DNA of 64,000 nucleotides, taken from contig NC_068983.1 in NCBI RefSeq assembly GCF_001194135.2, positions 53,342,280 through 53,406,279 on the forward strand, read 5' to 3'. Below, piece after piece: positions 1-12,739 of this stretch (position 1 is the first letter of the stretch; each line of letters begins with the position of its first letter). Position numbers and translations under genes: made by a program. The DNA is from Octopus bimaculoides (Eukaryota). The notes beneath the pieces are model-generated. The model was not told the DNA's origin, did no database searches, and saw only the letters and a list, made by a program, of their open reading frames with translations.

Positions 1-275
1 GTGCCACTCCCTAACAGTTGAGGGAACCCGTGGAAGAGGTAAGCCCAGGAAGACCTGGGCTGAGGTGGTGAGGCAAGACCTTCGAACATTGGACCTCACC
101 GAGGTGATGACTACTGACCGAGACCTTTGGAAATGTGCTGTGCGTGAGAAGACCCGGCAAGCCAAGTGAGATCGTTGCCAGGGCCTCTGGACTGGCTCTT
201 GTGCGGGTGGCACATAAGATGTACCATCATGAGCGTGACCATTGCCAGTACCGCCTGACTGGCCTTGTAGGGTTT
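1..275 (+). mobile_element. RTE-clade LINE, ORF C-terminus and start of 3' UTR
   Basis: Frame from nt 2 reads CHSLTVEGTRGRGKPRKTWAEVVRQDLRTLDLTEVMTTDRDLWKCAVREKTRQAK* (TGA 167-169), the typical RTE C-terminal GxRxRGRPxxxW...DR..W motif. The antisense homologue recurs near 35400-35560 and 48390-48510. Confidence 0.85.
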
Positions 276-601
276 NNNNNNNNNNNNNNNNNNNNNNNNN
301 NNNNNNNNNNNNNNNNNNNNNNNNNNNNNNNNNNNNNNNNNNNNNNNNNNNNNNNNNNNNNNNNNNNNNNNNNNNNNNNNNNNNNNNNNNNNNNNNNNNN
401 NNNNNNNNNNNNNNNNNNNNNNNNNNNNNNNNNNNNNNNNNNNNNNNNNNNNNNNNNNNNNNNNNNNNNNNNNNNNNNNNNNNNNNNNNNNNNNNNNNNN
501 NNNNNNNNNNNNNNNNNNNNNNNNNNNNNNNNNNNNNNNNNNNNNNNNNNNNNNNNNNNNNNNNNNNNNNNNNNNNNNNNNNNNNNNNNNNNNNNNNNNN
601 N
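276..601. other. Assembly gap (N run). Other gaps lie near 25736-25943, 52260-52378 and 62427-63127, plus several 10-N gaps
   Basis: Runs of n in the sequence. Confidence 0.99.
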
Positions 602-633
602 TATATATATATATATATGTGTATATATATATA

Positions 634-682
<49 letters not shown>

Positions 683-1109
683 GTATATATCTGTAAAAAT
701 GTGTGACACTTATTCGGTAGCCATGATAAAACTCCAAGGTTCGGATGCCGGGGTGGGAACCCACGCCAACATCTCTTCAGTTATCCAGCCATTGAAAATT
801 CCTGTGTGAGGGGATATATATCTGTTTATCCATATATATATATATATATACACACATATATACTTGCATTTTCAGCACACAGTGACTGTCCAGTTGAGAC
901 ACGTTTGTTCTTTTCTCTCTATTTTTCTTTCTTCCCATCTATCCTTCCTGTAGAAATGTATATACTTGAAATGTTAAGGACTTCTTCCAATTTTCCTGAG
1001 CATCAACCTAATACACTCTGCTTTTTCATATTTTTTTTTTACCGTGCTTTTTTTAGTATTATTTTTGTGCCATATATAAAAATATATATATATATACATG
1101 TGTGCACGC

Positions 1110-1151
<42 letters not shown>

Positions 1152-1372
1152 AAGAAAAGGCATAAATAATGGTAATGCAACCATGAATTTACTAAGTCAA
1201 CTGAGGATAGACTTCAACTTTGGATCTTGCCTCAGGATTACCTGGAATTCTATACCAATCAAAGAATCTTTTGTTAGCTTGATGTATTTGTATTAGCAGA
1301 GAGCTTAAAAAGTATTTTGGCCAGATTGATAATCCCTTATTAATGACTCTTTATATATATATATACATATAC

Positions 1373-1404
<32 letters not shown>

Positions 1405-1735
1405 GGGGGGAGCTGGGTGATTGGGTATATGTGTGTGTGTACATATATTCGGAGTTGGGTTCAACTCAACAGTGTAGCACCTTGGACAACTTGGATAGGT
1501 GTCTTCCACATTCACCTCGGAATAAATTATGTTGTGTTGAAATAATAGATAGAAACTATATGTTGTATGCATGTATATGTGTGTGTGTGTGTGTGTGTGT
1601 GCGTGTGTGTGTGAGGGTATATATATATCTGTTTATCCATCGCTCTGTATCTATATATGTGTGTATGTGCATGTGTATATTCACACATATATTTGCGTGT
1701 TTGTATGTATGTGTGTGTGTGTGTGTGTGTATGAC
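602..1735. repeat. (TA)n, (CA)n and (TG)n microsatellite-rich block
   Basis: Dinucleotide runs at about 602-690, 830-860, 1080-1150, 1350-1405 and 1575-1730. Confidence 0.9.
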
Positions 1736-2926
1736 ATCATTTCCTATAACTTCTAATAGTATCTTTTAACCATTGTACCATATCTGCATCACAACAGATG
1801 TTAACTTAGATCAAAGAAATCTTTATCTTCCTGTATCAATGTATCTATACAATCCTTGAACAATTCTAGTACCAAACATTTCTAAAGTAATATTATCTGA
1901 TATTAGTCAGACCAATAATAACAACTCTTCAATTAGTCTACAAAATACTCCTTTAATCCTATCATAAAATTATTTCTGTTTGTACCTCTTGAAAGAATGT
2001 ATTTTATTCTAAGTGAAAAGATCTCACTTAATCATATTTCTGTATATCGATTACCATCTTTGCAAGTGCCAAAATAAAGTCTAGTGGCTTTTATATGACA
2101 ATGATAAACCTTTTCGTTTTGAAACCTCATATCAAGTCAATTAGCTTAGGCTGCTGATGCAATGTTCCCTAAAAAAATACTTGAACTTCAGATATTATTG
2201 ATACTATTGCTATCTTTTTAATTCATGAAGACTCAATTACTTTTACTCCACTATTTGGTAGAAAATCATTGAATATTCACATTCTCTTCAGAGCTGCTAT
2301 CACTGTTTCATAACAGAAATTTAATAAAAATCTCACTTGAATGCTATCATATTTGACTAAACAGAAAGCCAATTTCGCAAGTAATTAATATAAAGGCAAA
2401 GAAATATTATATCTTAATGTATGAGCCGTATTTACTTTATCCCAGACATATGAACAACAAAATCAACCTCAGTGACATTTGGAAATGTAACAGAATACTT
2501 TAAATGTTGAATACTATAAACAAATTAGCACTAATTGAATGTGCTTTTATTATTAGTCTAATAATGATAATAATAATTTCTCACATTGGCACACAGGGTT
2601 TCATATTTATAATATAACAGTATAGTTGTATAGTTGATTAAGTTTTCTTTAGTACCTGCCTACTATTTATTTCACCTTTAGACAGAAGATAGACAAATTT
2701 AACTTCAACGGTATTTGAACTCAGAACATAGAGCAATGAAACTATATGCTGTTAGACATTTAATTCAATACTTTACCATTCCTACTGTTCCTTAATCTTC
2801 AATAACTCTAATGTTGTTTTTTTTACACTAACACTTATTTAAATGTGAGGGGTATTGTCAATTAAATTAATTCTGTCATTCATTCAGGGTTTATGATATT
2901 GGCTCAAGGATTATGTAAAACATAAC

Positions 2927-3077
2927 CTGGCCCTCGTGCCGGTGGCACGTAAAACCATCCACTATACTCTCGGAGTGGTTGGCGTTAGGAAGGGAATCGA
3001 ACTGTAGAAACTCTGCCAGATCAGATTGGACCTGGTGCAGCCTCCTGGCTTGCCAGTCCTCAGTCAAATCGTCCAAA
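2927..3077 (+). mobile_element. RTE LINE 3' UTR fragment
   Basis: Contains ctctcggagtggttggcgttaggaaggg...tagaaactctgccagatcagattgga...cctggtgcagcc, shared with more than 10 copies in the window. Confidence 0.8.
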
Positions 3078-4105
3078 TGTGGTGGCGGCAGTGGCAATGG
3101 TAGCAGTGGTTAATACAGGCACAAGGCTGCCAATTTCACTTGATGTAATTGCCTTTTCCACTGTGGGATCTGAACTCACAATGTAAATTGAATACCGCCA
3201 AGTATTTTGCTGAATATTCTTAATTGATTAAAACGAATACAACAGAAATAATTTGTTAAAATATGTTAGCATTATTATTTAATTAGCTTTCCTTGTGAAA
3301 ATGCCTGCTGCAAGAGGAATGGAAAAGAAAAAGTTATATTTCATGTCTATAAATTTGTGTGTGTGTGTATCTATATCTATTTACCTCTCAGCTCACACAC
3401 ACACATACACACATTTTTGTCTACAAATGAAAAAATGCATTCAGTGCATGTTGTAGAGATATTAATTATTGCTTGGCATTTGGTGCTTCATTCTGTTGCA
3501 ACTCAAAGTTTCATGCCACAAACTTTGAATCAGAGCAACATCATTTTGTACATGTGTTCATATGTATTACATGATGCCGTATTTTAGTAGCTCTGCAGCA
3601 TAAGATATCTCATACTCAACATTTTGAACATAGTATACTTCGTTCTTCCTGCAATTTTGAGTGATTCTTCAAAAAGATTTTTAAACATCCTCAGAAAACA
3701 TGATTTTAATCTGTGTATTAACTTGTACTGGAAAACAGATGAAGATTGTGTTAAATTCAATCTTTCTTAATATATACATTATAACAAGAAATAACCTTGA
3801 AGAAATAAAATGCTGGTTAATAACTTTAACAATAGAACGTCATAGAAAGTTTGTTTATAAAAACATGGTGCTACAAATTTTACACTTATATATTTGAAAA
3901 AAAGAATCAGTGTTGCATTTGTTGAACATGTATATATGATAAAGTAAATGGAAATATGTTATCAGTAGTATTTTCTAATTGATTTTTGTGAAAAAAATAT
4001 CAAGAAGAAACTGAAGTTATAATGAGATGCAAAATCCTTATTAAAATCATTTTGAGTTTTTATAATATTTAAAGGTGTGTGTGTCTGTATGTGTGTGTGT
4101 GAGAG

Positions 4106-4465
4106 AGGTCTGGTTGTGTGGTTAAGAAGTTTAGTTCATAAATACATGGCTTTGTGTTCAGTCACATTGCATGCACCTTAGGTGAGTGTCTTATATTAGA
4201 ATCTTATATTAGAACACTGACCTAACAGAGTGAATTTTATAGATTGAAACTCAGGAAGCATGTTGTATGTGTGTGCGCATCTTTATTTGTTTGTCCCTTT
4301 CCTCTTGAGGACCAATGGTGATCCCTTTATCTTTCCGTAAGTTGATACTTCAGAAACCAACAAGTACTGGGGTTAAGAGTAATACTGAGGTCTATTTGAT
4401 TGACTAAAACTTTCAAGGTGGCACCCCAAGCATGTCTATCTAATGACTGAAACAAATAAACGAGT
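4106..4465 (+). mobile_element. Degenerate tRNA-derived SINE
   Basis: Head tggttgtgtggttaagaag...gttcagtc and tail gactgaaacaaataa, homologous to the better copies at 24397 and 61541. Confidence 0.6.
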
Positions 4466-4759
4466 GAAAAAAATTAAAAGTGTGTGTGTTTGTACACACA
4501 TACACACACATTTGTGTATTCTATGTTGCACTTCTGAAATTTTCAAAATCCTAAATAATTTTTTCTACATCATAAAGAATATTTCTGACTTTTCATCAGA
4601 ACCTTCAAGCTATAATCATTACATCAAAGGATTTGTGTATGTTGTCATTCTATAACAATTCCTTCTGCTGTTGTCACTTAAAATTTTTCCGTATGTATAT
4701 GAAGAGATGCTTGTTATAAGTATGACACTTGACTCAAATATATGTTTGTCTATCATATT

Positions 4760-5103
4760 ATTACCTCTGCCTTAGTGAAGGCAGAGGTATTGCTTTCAGT
4801 TACGTTTGTTCATTTGTTTGTTTGTCCATGGACAAGATATCTCAAGAACAGCTGGATGGATTCGGATGAAACTTTCAGGGATATTTGTCCTTGCGACTGG
4901 CATGAACTGATTAGATTTTGGATTATTTTTCCAGTTTTGTTACTTAATTTTTGAGAGCGGTTGGGTTCATTTTTAGTATTCTCGTTTGTGAGAACAGTCG
5001 AGTTTATTTCAGATATTCTTGTTTTAAAAATCATCTCCGATTAATTATTGAGAAGACGTTGGTGTTGCCTTGGCAGAGGTTTGCACTTTCTGATAGCTCT
5101 TGT
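4760..5103 (+). mobile_element. HINE/DINE-like (Helentron-associated) non-autonomous element
   Basis: 5' hairpin ACCTCTGCCTT-agtg-AAGGCAGAGGT (4763-4788), then (GTTT)n-like repeats, and a subterminal inverted copy CCTTGGCAGAGGT (5068-5080) just before the 3' end. Confidence 0.6.
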
Positions 5104-5239
5104 TTATATTTATTATTGCTTTTCATGAATAGCTGAACTTCTTTTCATGATGATTCATCTCACCCAAGAAGACACATCACTTACTGCATTTCATATAAGT
5201 TCACTTTAATCCCAAATCTTCAGAACTGTGTCCTTCAGA

Positions 5240-5620
5240 TCATCATCATCATCATTTAACATCTGTTGTCCATGCTGGCATGGGTTGGACAGTTTGACCA
5301 GGGCTGGTAAGGGCTGCACCAAACTCCAGTCTGATTTGGCATGGTTTTCTACTGCTGGATGTCCTTCCTAATGCCAATCACTCCAAGAGTGTAATGGGTG
5401 CTTTTATGTGCCACCGACATGGGTGCCATTTGTGTGACACCACTATGTGCCACAACTGCAATTTTGCGTGGCTTGATGGGTCTTCTTCTCAATCATGACT
5501 TAATGCCAAAGGTTTCAGTCATTGCCTCTATGAGGCCCAACACTCAAAAGGAACTGAGTGACTTTGTCTTCATGAGGCCCAACACTCGAAAGGAACTTAG
5601 CCACTTTGCCTCCTCAATAT
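5240..5620 (-). mobile_element. RTE LINE 3' UTR fragment
   Basis: Begins with (CAT)n-ttaac..tccatgctggcatgggttggac, the reverse complement of the RTE tail ending in (ATG)n. Confidence 0.8.
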
Positions 5621-5988
5621 AAATACATTTGTGTAATAATGAATGTATTGTAATTTGTTCTTCCTTTTTGTGTAAATGTTTTTTTATGTGAATGACACAC
5701 AGTGTTAGAACTGTTTGATACAAATTTATTTTGAGATTTATTTAAAAAGAGACAAGTAAAAAAAAAAAAATTTGTCTTTCACTTGGACTCAAAATCTTTC
5801 CATTGAACTATTGATATTATTAGATTTTCACAAATCTCTTTCAGATCAAAGACCTTCAACAAATTGTTTACAGAGATATTTTATTTTTAGCTTAAAGATT
5901 TTTGCATTTAAATTAATGACCTCATCAACTCTAACTTTAAAAATTTTTCAAATCTAATTGTATATCCTTTTATTTTCTATTTTTCTAG

Positions 5989-6260
5989 AGCTGGCTGGTT
6001 TATTCCGACAGATATAGCAACAGAATTCTGGTCACAAAATATATTCATTGATCATTGGCGGGCTCTACGACTACCCCAAGTAATTGCTAGGTTTTCATTA
6101 AATGATTCATTGTCTGTACTTGAAAATGTGATGACAAAAAGACTTAATCAGGGAGCAGAACCATTGTGTAAAGAGAAAGACTGTGTGAATGGTTTCCTAC
6201 TAGGGCCAGGTTGTAAATACCTCAGTGGTGGTTGCCTTATACTATTATCAAGTTACCCAG
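5989..6260 (+). CDS. Internal exon A of a receptor ectodomain (PBP type II / OpuAC-like region)
   Basis: Polypyrimidine tract and TAG acceptor ending at 5988; GTAAG donor at 6261. The open frame reads (R)AGWFIPTDIATEFWSQNIFIDHWRALRLPQVIARFSLNDSLSVLENVMTKRLNQGAEPLCKEKDCVNGFLLGPGCKYLSGGCLILLSSYP. The phase-1 end joins exon B in frame (G+AA = Glu). The start could instead be 5991 (tandem AG). Confidence 0.85.
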
Positions 6261-7064
6261 GTAAGCATTCTGTCTTCTCATTCTATTTGTCCTACAAAAA
6301 TGCTTCTTAACTATTTAAGAATTTTAAACATTTTATATCATAGACACTAACTTTAATCCAAACAAATAGAAAATACAAAATAATGCTCTGTAAAATGTCG
6401 GTTTCTTTACTTCAACCAACTTCAATACAGAAAATGAAGAGCACCAACAATGTAGGCCCCAATCAGCTTTGAAATGATATTTCATTTGCAATTTAGGTTC
6501 TTACAATTCACATATTGTTGTTGGTGATTAGTTCCTGTTAGCTAAGTTATGGCATGAAATAGTTGATCGAAAGATTAACTGCATCCCTTCATTGATAATG
6601 GGTAAAATATTCATAATATTCATACCCATCATCAATGATTTTGTTTGTGATCATGTGATCATAGTGGTAATGTTGGTAAGGTTTACTATTGTAATTTCTT
6701 TAGTACCTAAATATGTGGTAATTATTTCTGAGAATATGTAACTTTTAAGAGTTTTGGTTGCTCTTTTATATAGATTGAGTAAATATACTAAAACACACTC
6801 TATCACTTTCAGACCCAGAAAAGAATTTTTAAGATAGCGAGAAATATTCTTGTTAAAATTCTTTCTAAAATTAACCTTTAAGTGTTTCAGGAAAGTTTTC
6901 ATTATTTCATTGTATAACAATTTGAATGAACACAATAAATCAATATTTCTATAGCCATTTCAAGCGAAGGAAATCTCAAAAACATATTCTTGTGTTAATA
7001 CACCTTATACCAGATATACTATTGATGTTATTAAATCTGTTTTGATTTCTGTTTCTATTCACAG

Positions 7065-7598
7065 AAATGAACTATCATCTTCTACAGTCTCAGATAAATA
7101 CGCTCAACTTACCAGTGATTGTAGCTTGGATAGGACATTATTTGACAGACTTTGTTCGTCAGCGTGCACAGCGGGGTTTACCTGTCTTGTTTTATGATTG
7201 GTGGCCAAGTCCACTCACACTCAATCACAATTTCACACAGATCAAATTCCCATCATGTCCTTATGATCCTAACCCAATCTACTGTAATTTCAAACTCAAC
7301 CAACTAACTAAAATGACATCACCAGCTCTTTCTAAATTAGCTCCCCGGGCATACGAAGCTGTTTCTCGGATGTCTTTTACACAAGAGGAATATGCAGATT
7401 TGCTTCAGTTTTATAGCAATGCAAAAAGTTTAAGACCGAGCATACGGGCAAGTAAAGTTGCTTGTAGCTGGGTAAAAGATCACGAACATATATGGAAACG
7501 ATGGTTTCCTAAAATTATTTCAACAAAAAAAAGAGTTTACCTTGGTGGATTATTTCCTCTCACTGGGCCATTTTGGACTCAGCCTGGACTTATTCAAA
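7065..7598 (+). CDS. Internal exon B: C-terminal half of a PBP-II/OpuAC-like domain plus the start of a GABA-B-like Venus flytrap (VKR, receptor guanylate cyclase or class C GPCR-type receptor)
   Basis: CAG acceptor at 7062-7064 and GTAAGT donor at 7599; 534 nt open. Carries VLFYDWWPSPL and AYEAVSRMSF...VACSWVKDHEHIWKRWFP, then RVYLGGLFPLTG, which resembles the GABA-B1 VFT start AVYIGALFPMSG (recalled). Confidence 0.85.
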
Positions 7599-9904
7599 GT
7601 AAGTAGACCCTATATTTATTCATACTTCCTTTACATAAGTAACATAAAATTCATTAACTGTATTACTGTCTTTGTTACATTTAGAATATTTACTCAGCAT
7701 GGTTTCGATATTTATTGATCCTGTGATGCAACTGTATCCCAATTATATTCCCCTTTTATCATGTAGCCAGGTACAAAGAAATTCAATGTTCATGACCTTT
7801 ATTGGGGCTGCTGAAACTAATGGCTTTTGGTGGGTAAAGGCATGTGTCCTGGTGGCTAAGTGTTATGCTCATGATTGCAAGATCATGGTTTTGATTCCCA
7901 GACCATGTAGTACATTGTGATCTTAAGCAAAACACTTCATTTCACCTTGCTCCAATTTACTTGCCATTAAATGAGTAACCTTACAATGAACTAACATCAT
8001 GTTCAAGAGGAATTTTGATTTTGATAACTTATATGCCATAGAAACTGAGTTACTGAGTATCCAAGAATTCAAGCTAGAAATGTTCAGGGATTGATGGTGA
8101 TGAGGATGACACTAATGGAATGGAGAGAGAAAGGTTTCTAGAAACTGGAGACTTAGCTTGAAAGTTTGCTACAGAGCGGATTCTACTAAAGATATCTAAG
8201 GACTAAGTGCTGCTATAAAACCAAGTAATGGACTAAGTCAACCACCCAAATAGGTCATGGTGGAATTTGAACTCTGAACATAAAGAGCTGGGTCAAATAC
8301 CACAAGGTGTCCTATTGGATGCTCTAATCATTCTGCCAGTGCATTGCCACTTCATTCATCCATTCCAAAAGGATGGTGCACAAAGTTGATCTCTGCAGAA
8401 TTTGAACTCAGTATGCAAGAAGGTAGAATATATTCTGTTAGATATTTCATCCAATACTCTAATGACTCTGCCACTTCACCATCTTTGCATAATAACGTTG
8501 AATGTATACAAAAATAAAACCAAACAATTTGAAAATATCATGTTGGTTTACAAATTTTTTGTGTTAAAACATAGACATCTAAAAAGACTAGATAATGTAT
8601 ATAATGTATATTGGTATACAAAGAATTGTAAACATGTAAGTAGTGCATGAAAAAGAATATCTATACGTTAAAGATTTTTTTTTTTTCACTCAATAAATAT
8701 CCTTATGTATTTCCTTCACTGTCGTCAAGTCCATAAAATAATTCTTGTGAGTATACAATTGATACAGATAAAAAGGCTTCAAAGAATTTATATAAATATG
8801 GAAAGATCATTTTTCCCTTCTAACCTTCAATCATACGTCTTATACAATAGAACGCATATAACTCAACGAGCTTAGGGTAATCTGGTGTACCAGGAAAATG
8901 GAAAAACCTTGAATCAAAGGTAAATAAAGATATTGTAGATACTTTGATATTCAACAACTATTTTATTTAGAAGACTAATTTTAAGCGTATTACTCAAACT
9001 TTGAAGAATGTAATATTTGTTGTTGCTGTTAAATGTCTGGTTGGTTAACCAAGATATAAATGTTGAGTTCAAATTGGCTGTGAGTATTTCATTTGTATTT
9101 GAGCAATAGGACTCGGTTGATCAAAATGTTGAAGAAAGGAATCAGATAATCTAAGATATGACAGCAAGAAACTTATTGTATTAAGATGAACTGCTTGTAA
9201 CTACTGGTTCCATGTATCTAGTCACATGTAGCCAACCCATGGATGATATGATGCGCTAACTTGCTATATATGATATATCAGAGAATTTCTAACCAAACTC
9301 ATGTTCTGTCTCTGGTGTTGTGGGCATTAAATCAACAATATATATTTGCTATCAGTCTACACTTATTACTTGATGTGATTTATTAGAGAGAGATGAAAAC
9401 AAAATTCATGAATAATTTAAATAATCAAAATCTGACTAAAGTGGGCTACAGCAAATATTCTGCTCAATACCACAGATTTACTTGTCGGTTGCTTGACTTT
9501 AACCAGTTGAACATGTCCTTTAGTGGCTGACGATAGGTGCATCTCTGCTCATGAGCAGGAGTAGTAAGGGAGCATCATAGCCATGTACTGAGAGGATTCT
9601 TTGATGTTTAAATAATTCACCCCTGGAAAATATGGGTGTTTCATTCATCATCTTTAAACAACCTTTATTCAAGGACATTTTGAGTGGGATGGACTACTTG
9701 ACCTGAAGAAAATTCTAACTGGGCTCCATCTACAAGCCCTTGTGCTGTTTATCTTGATATGAGATCATCATGTCATGTACTTGTGGTTGTGATGCCTGAT
9801 GTACCCTTATCAGAATTAGATGGGTAGTTCTGATGGGTATACTGGGCTTTGAATATTTGCACTTCAGCATCACTTTGATAGCATGTAATGCTCTCTGTCT
9901 CTCT

Positions 9905-10270
9905 AAATAATAATAATAATAATAATCCTTTCTACTATAGGCACAAGGCCTGAAATTTTATGGAAGGGAACTAGTCAGTTACATTGACCCCAGTGTTTCA
10001 CTGGTACTTAATTTATCGAACCCAAAAGGATGAAAGGCAGGGTCGACCTCAGCGGAAATAATAATTCTTTCTAACTTTGGCATGAGGCCACCAATTTTGA
10101 GAGTAGGGTTAAAATGATTACATCACCTGCAGCACTCAACTGGTACTTATTTCACTGACCTCAAAAGAAAGAAAGACAAAGTTGACCTTGGCAGAATGTA
10201 AAGAACCAAAAGAAATACCACAAAGCATTTTGTCCAGCACAGTAACAATTCTGCCAGCTTGCCACCATAG
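9905..10270 (-). mobile_element. Two adjacent Nin-domain-like SINE copies
   Basis: The minus strand reads gaggtcgaccctgcctttcatcctttt-gggttcgataaattaagtacc with an (AAT)n tail; a second, more degenerate unit follows at about 10060-10270. Confidence 0.55.
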
Positions 10271-12267
10271 AAACAACACTAATAATGGTTTCAAATTTGG
10301 ATACAAGGACATCAGAGGCTGTGAGTGGGGAATATTAAGCATAAGGGTCTATGGGATTTCTCCTTGGAGACTGATCATATTATTGGAACGAGTAGACCAG
10401 TTATTTCCATACAAGGCTTAAAGAATAGGTAGTGTAAGATTATTGGCATAAGGATGAAAATAGTCCTTGTGGTAATTAGCACATTTGGTTACCTATGTGC
10501 CAAAGTTATTGAATTTGAGACGTGTATTGTAGGAAAATGCCATCCTGTATTCTGAGATTTCAGGGAGGTTGTTGTCACCAAACCTCAGAATTAATAAGTA
10601 GTAACTTTTGAATAATAACGATGACAATAATGATGATGGTAATAGTGGTGGTGGTGGTATTTTATTGTTTACGTAGGCCCAAGACATTGAGGACAATCTC
10701 AAAGGATGAGATAACACTCAAACAAGTGGAGTTTACATTGATATACATTATAATTTAACTTTGATTACAAAGTTAAATGGTTAGTAGTGTTTACTGAGAT
10801 GATAAAGAATCAGGTAAAATTCTTTGACATATTTAGTTCATTCTGCAAAATTCCGATTTTATTTAGGGTTGAGTAGTTCTAGTATTCTCACTGGAAACCT
10901 TTATCTATAAAATTATCTAAGCATAAATTCTTATGAAAGTAGATTTGATGAAATCCTTTTGCAGTATATACAAAAAAATAGTCATCTATGAGAAATACTT
11001 TCTGAAAAATATTTATTATTTAAAACTTCAAAGATTAAAAAAAATCAACTTTATCACTCTAAGGATGAGAGCATCCTTTTCACATGTACTCTTATGGGAA
11101 ATATGAATGTAAATAAAATTACTTTCAAAGAAATTTCAGATCAAAATCTGACCATATATTTTTTCATAAATGGAATTGGAATTTCAGTCGCTATTTCTGC
11201 AGATGCATCTATATTAACTCCAAGTGTAGAAATAGCCTCTGGAGACAGATTCAGCATAAGCTACAATACTTACAGTGAATCACTATCTGCAATTGGTTCA
11301 AAACAAAAATATATTGTATACTATACTTATATTTTTATGGAATCATATTTCAAGTTATCACTTAAAACAGTTTTATTTTGAAGCAACCTCAACTTGAAAA
11401 GAATAATCTATAAATAATACCCACCAAGGAAATATCTAACTTTGTAAATCTATGAGAAAAACTTTACGCTGCTAAATCAATAAGTTATCGTATGCTGAAT
11501 TTATCACTAACTTTATATTATCTTGAGAAATACTGATCCTAACCTTAAAAAGCACTAATTTAATACCCATTTCTTTAGCTGACAAGGGTTATAAAAGTCT
11601 TGAGAATTGCATTTCTCTATTTTGTCTTTTGTCTTATTCTTGGGTTGACTGGATTTAAAGCTTAATGTAACTCTATTTCTGGCATCTCATTAATCAAGCT
11701 GCTATTTGGTATTACCTTTTGAACCAAGCAGTCTAAAGTAGGAGTTCCCAGAGTGATTCATGTAGACCTCTAGGGATTAATGGAAATGTGCTGAGAGGTT
11801 GGAAAATGGTTAAAGGTCAACAGGAGAAGGGATTGATAAAATTCAAGAGTTTTATAAAGTTCAGGTTTGAAAAAGTTTTAGTTTTAAATGTTTAAAGTTT
11901 AAGTAGTTTGTCGTCTATAAGATTTGGAACTTCAAAATTGCCAAACTTAGAGCAACTTTCCTGTATTATGAAGGTACAAATGCAACATGGTATTTTTGTA
12001 ATTTTCATAATTTAACTGTTTTATCATGTCATGAAGGTACAATTGTAATAGAGCAGATATTTATAATTTCCTTCAATCACATTAGGTTTTTTTTTTCTTT
12101 TGGATAGAACAAATATATATTTAATAAGCAAGAATTAATTTGTTTCATAACTTTCTCAATTGCCAGATCAGTTGACATTTGTTGGAAGTTAAGATCTCTT
12201 GTATGAATCAAATCAAAATTTAGTTATTTTAATGTCACACTTGTTGATTTGTGAATGTATGTTAATT

Positions 12268-12425
12268 TACACTCTCGGAGTGGTTGGCAATGGGAAGGGT
12301 ATCCAGCCATAGAAGGCATGCCAAATCAGACTTCTGGTGCAGCACCTCAGCTTACCAGTCCTGGTCAAACTGTCCAACCCATGCCAGCGTGTACAACAGA
12401 TGTTAAAAGATGATAATGATGTATG
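12268..12425 (+). mobile_element. RTE LINE 3' tail
   Basis: cactctcggagtggttggc...ccaacccatgccagc...gatgataatgat. Confidence 0.8.
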
Positions 12426-12739
12426 AGTGTTCATGCATGTACACATGTTTACAAATCTGTATGTGTGTATTTATATGTGTATATGTGTGTGTATGAATAC
12501 ATTTTATGCACCCTGCCACACATGCTACACATTCATATAAAAGTTCAAATATGGTTGTTTGGTTAAAAAGTGCAATTTGGAACTGCTTGATTCAGGATTT
12601 GCTTTTACTGCTTGGACTACATCCATGAGTTGACCTATAACATGTGAATGAAATTTGGGAAACGAAAGCAGGAAGAAGTCCATCATATATGTAAGTGGAG
12701 TGTGATAGTGTATTCCCCCTTGTTTTGATGTGTGCATGC

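Noticed and set aside
111-809. Long ORFs in the track spanning N runs and (TA)n (also 25717-25950 and 62263-63168)
   Set aside because: Artefacts of gaps and dinucleotide repeats (poly-X, YIYI, CVCV, HTHT).
11094-11381. 95-aa ORF considered as the next receptor exon (SVAISADAS...ISYNTYSESLS)
   Set aside because: Only a vague resemblance to a VFT segment; it lacks the expected helix after QPGLIQ and has no convincing donor site.
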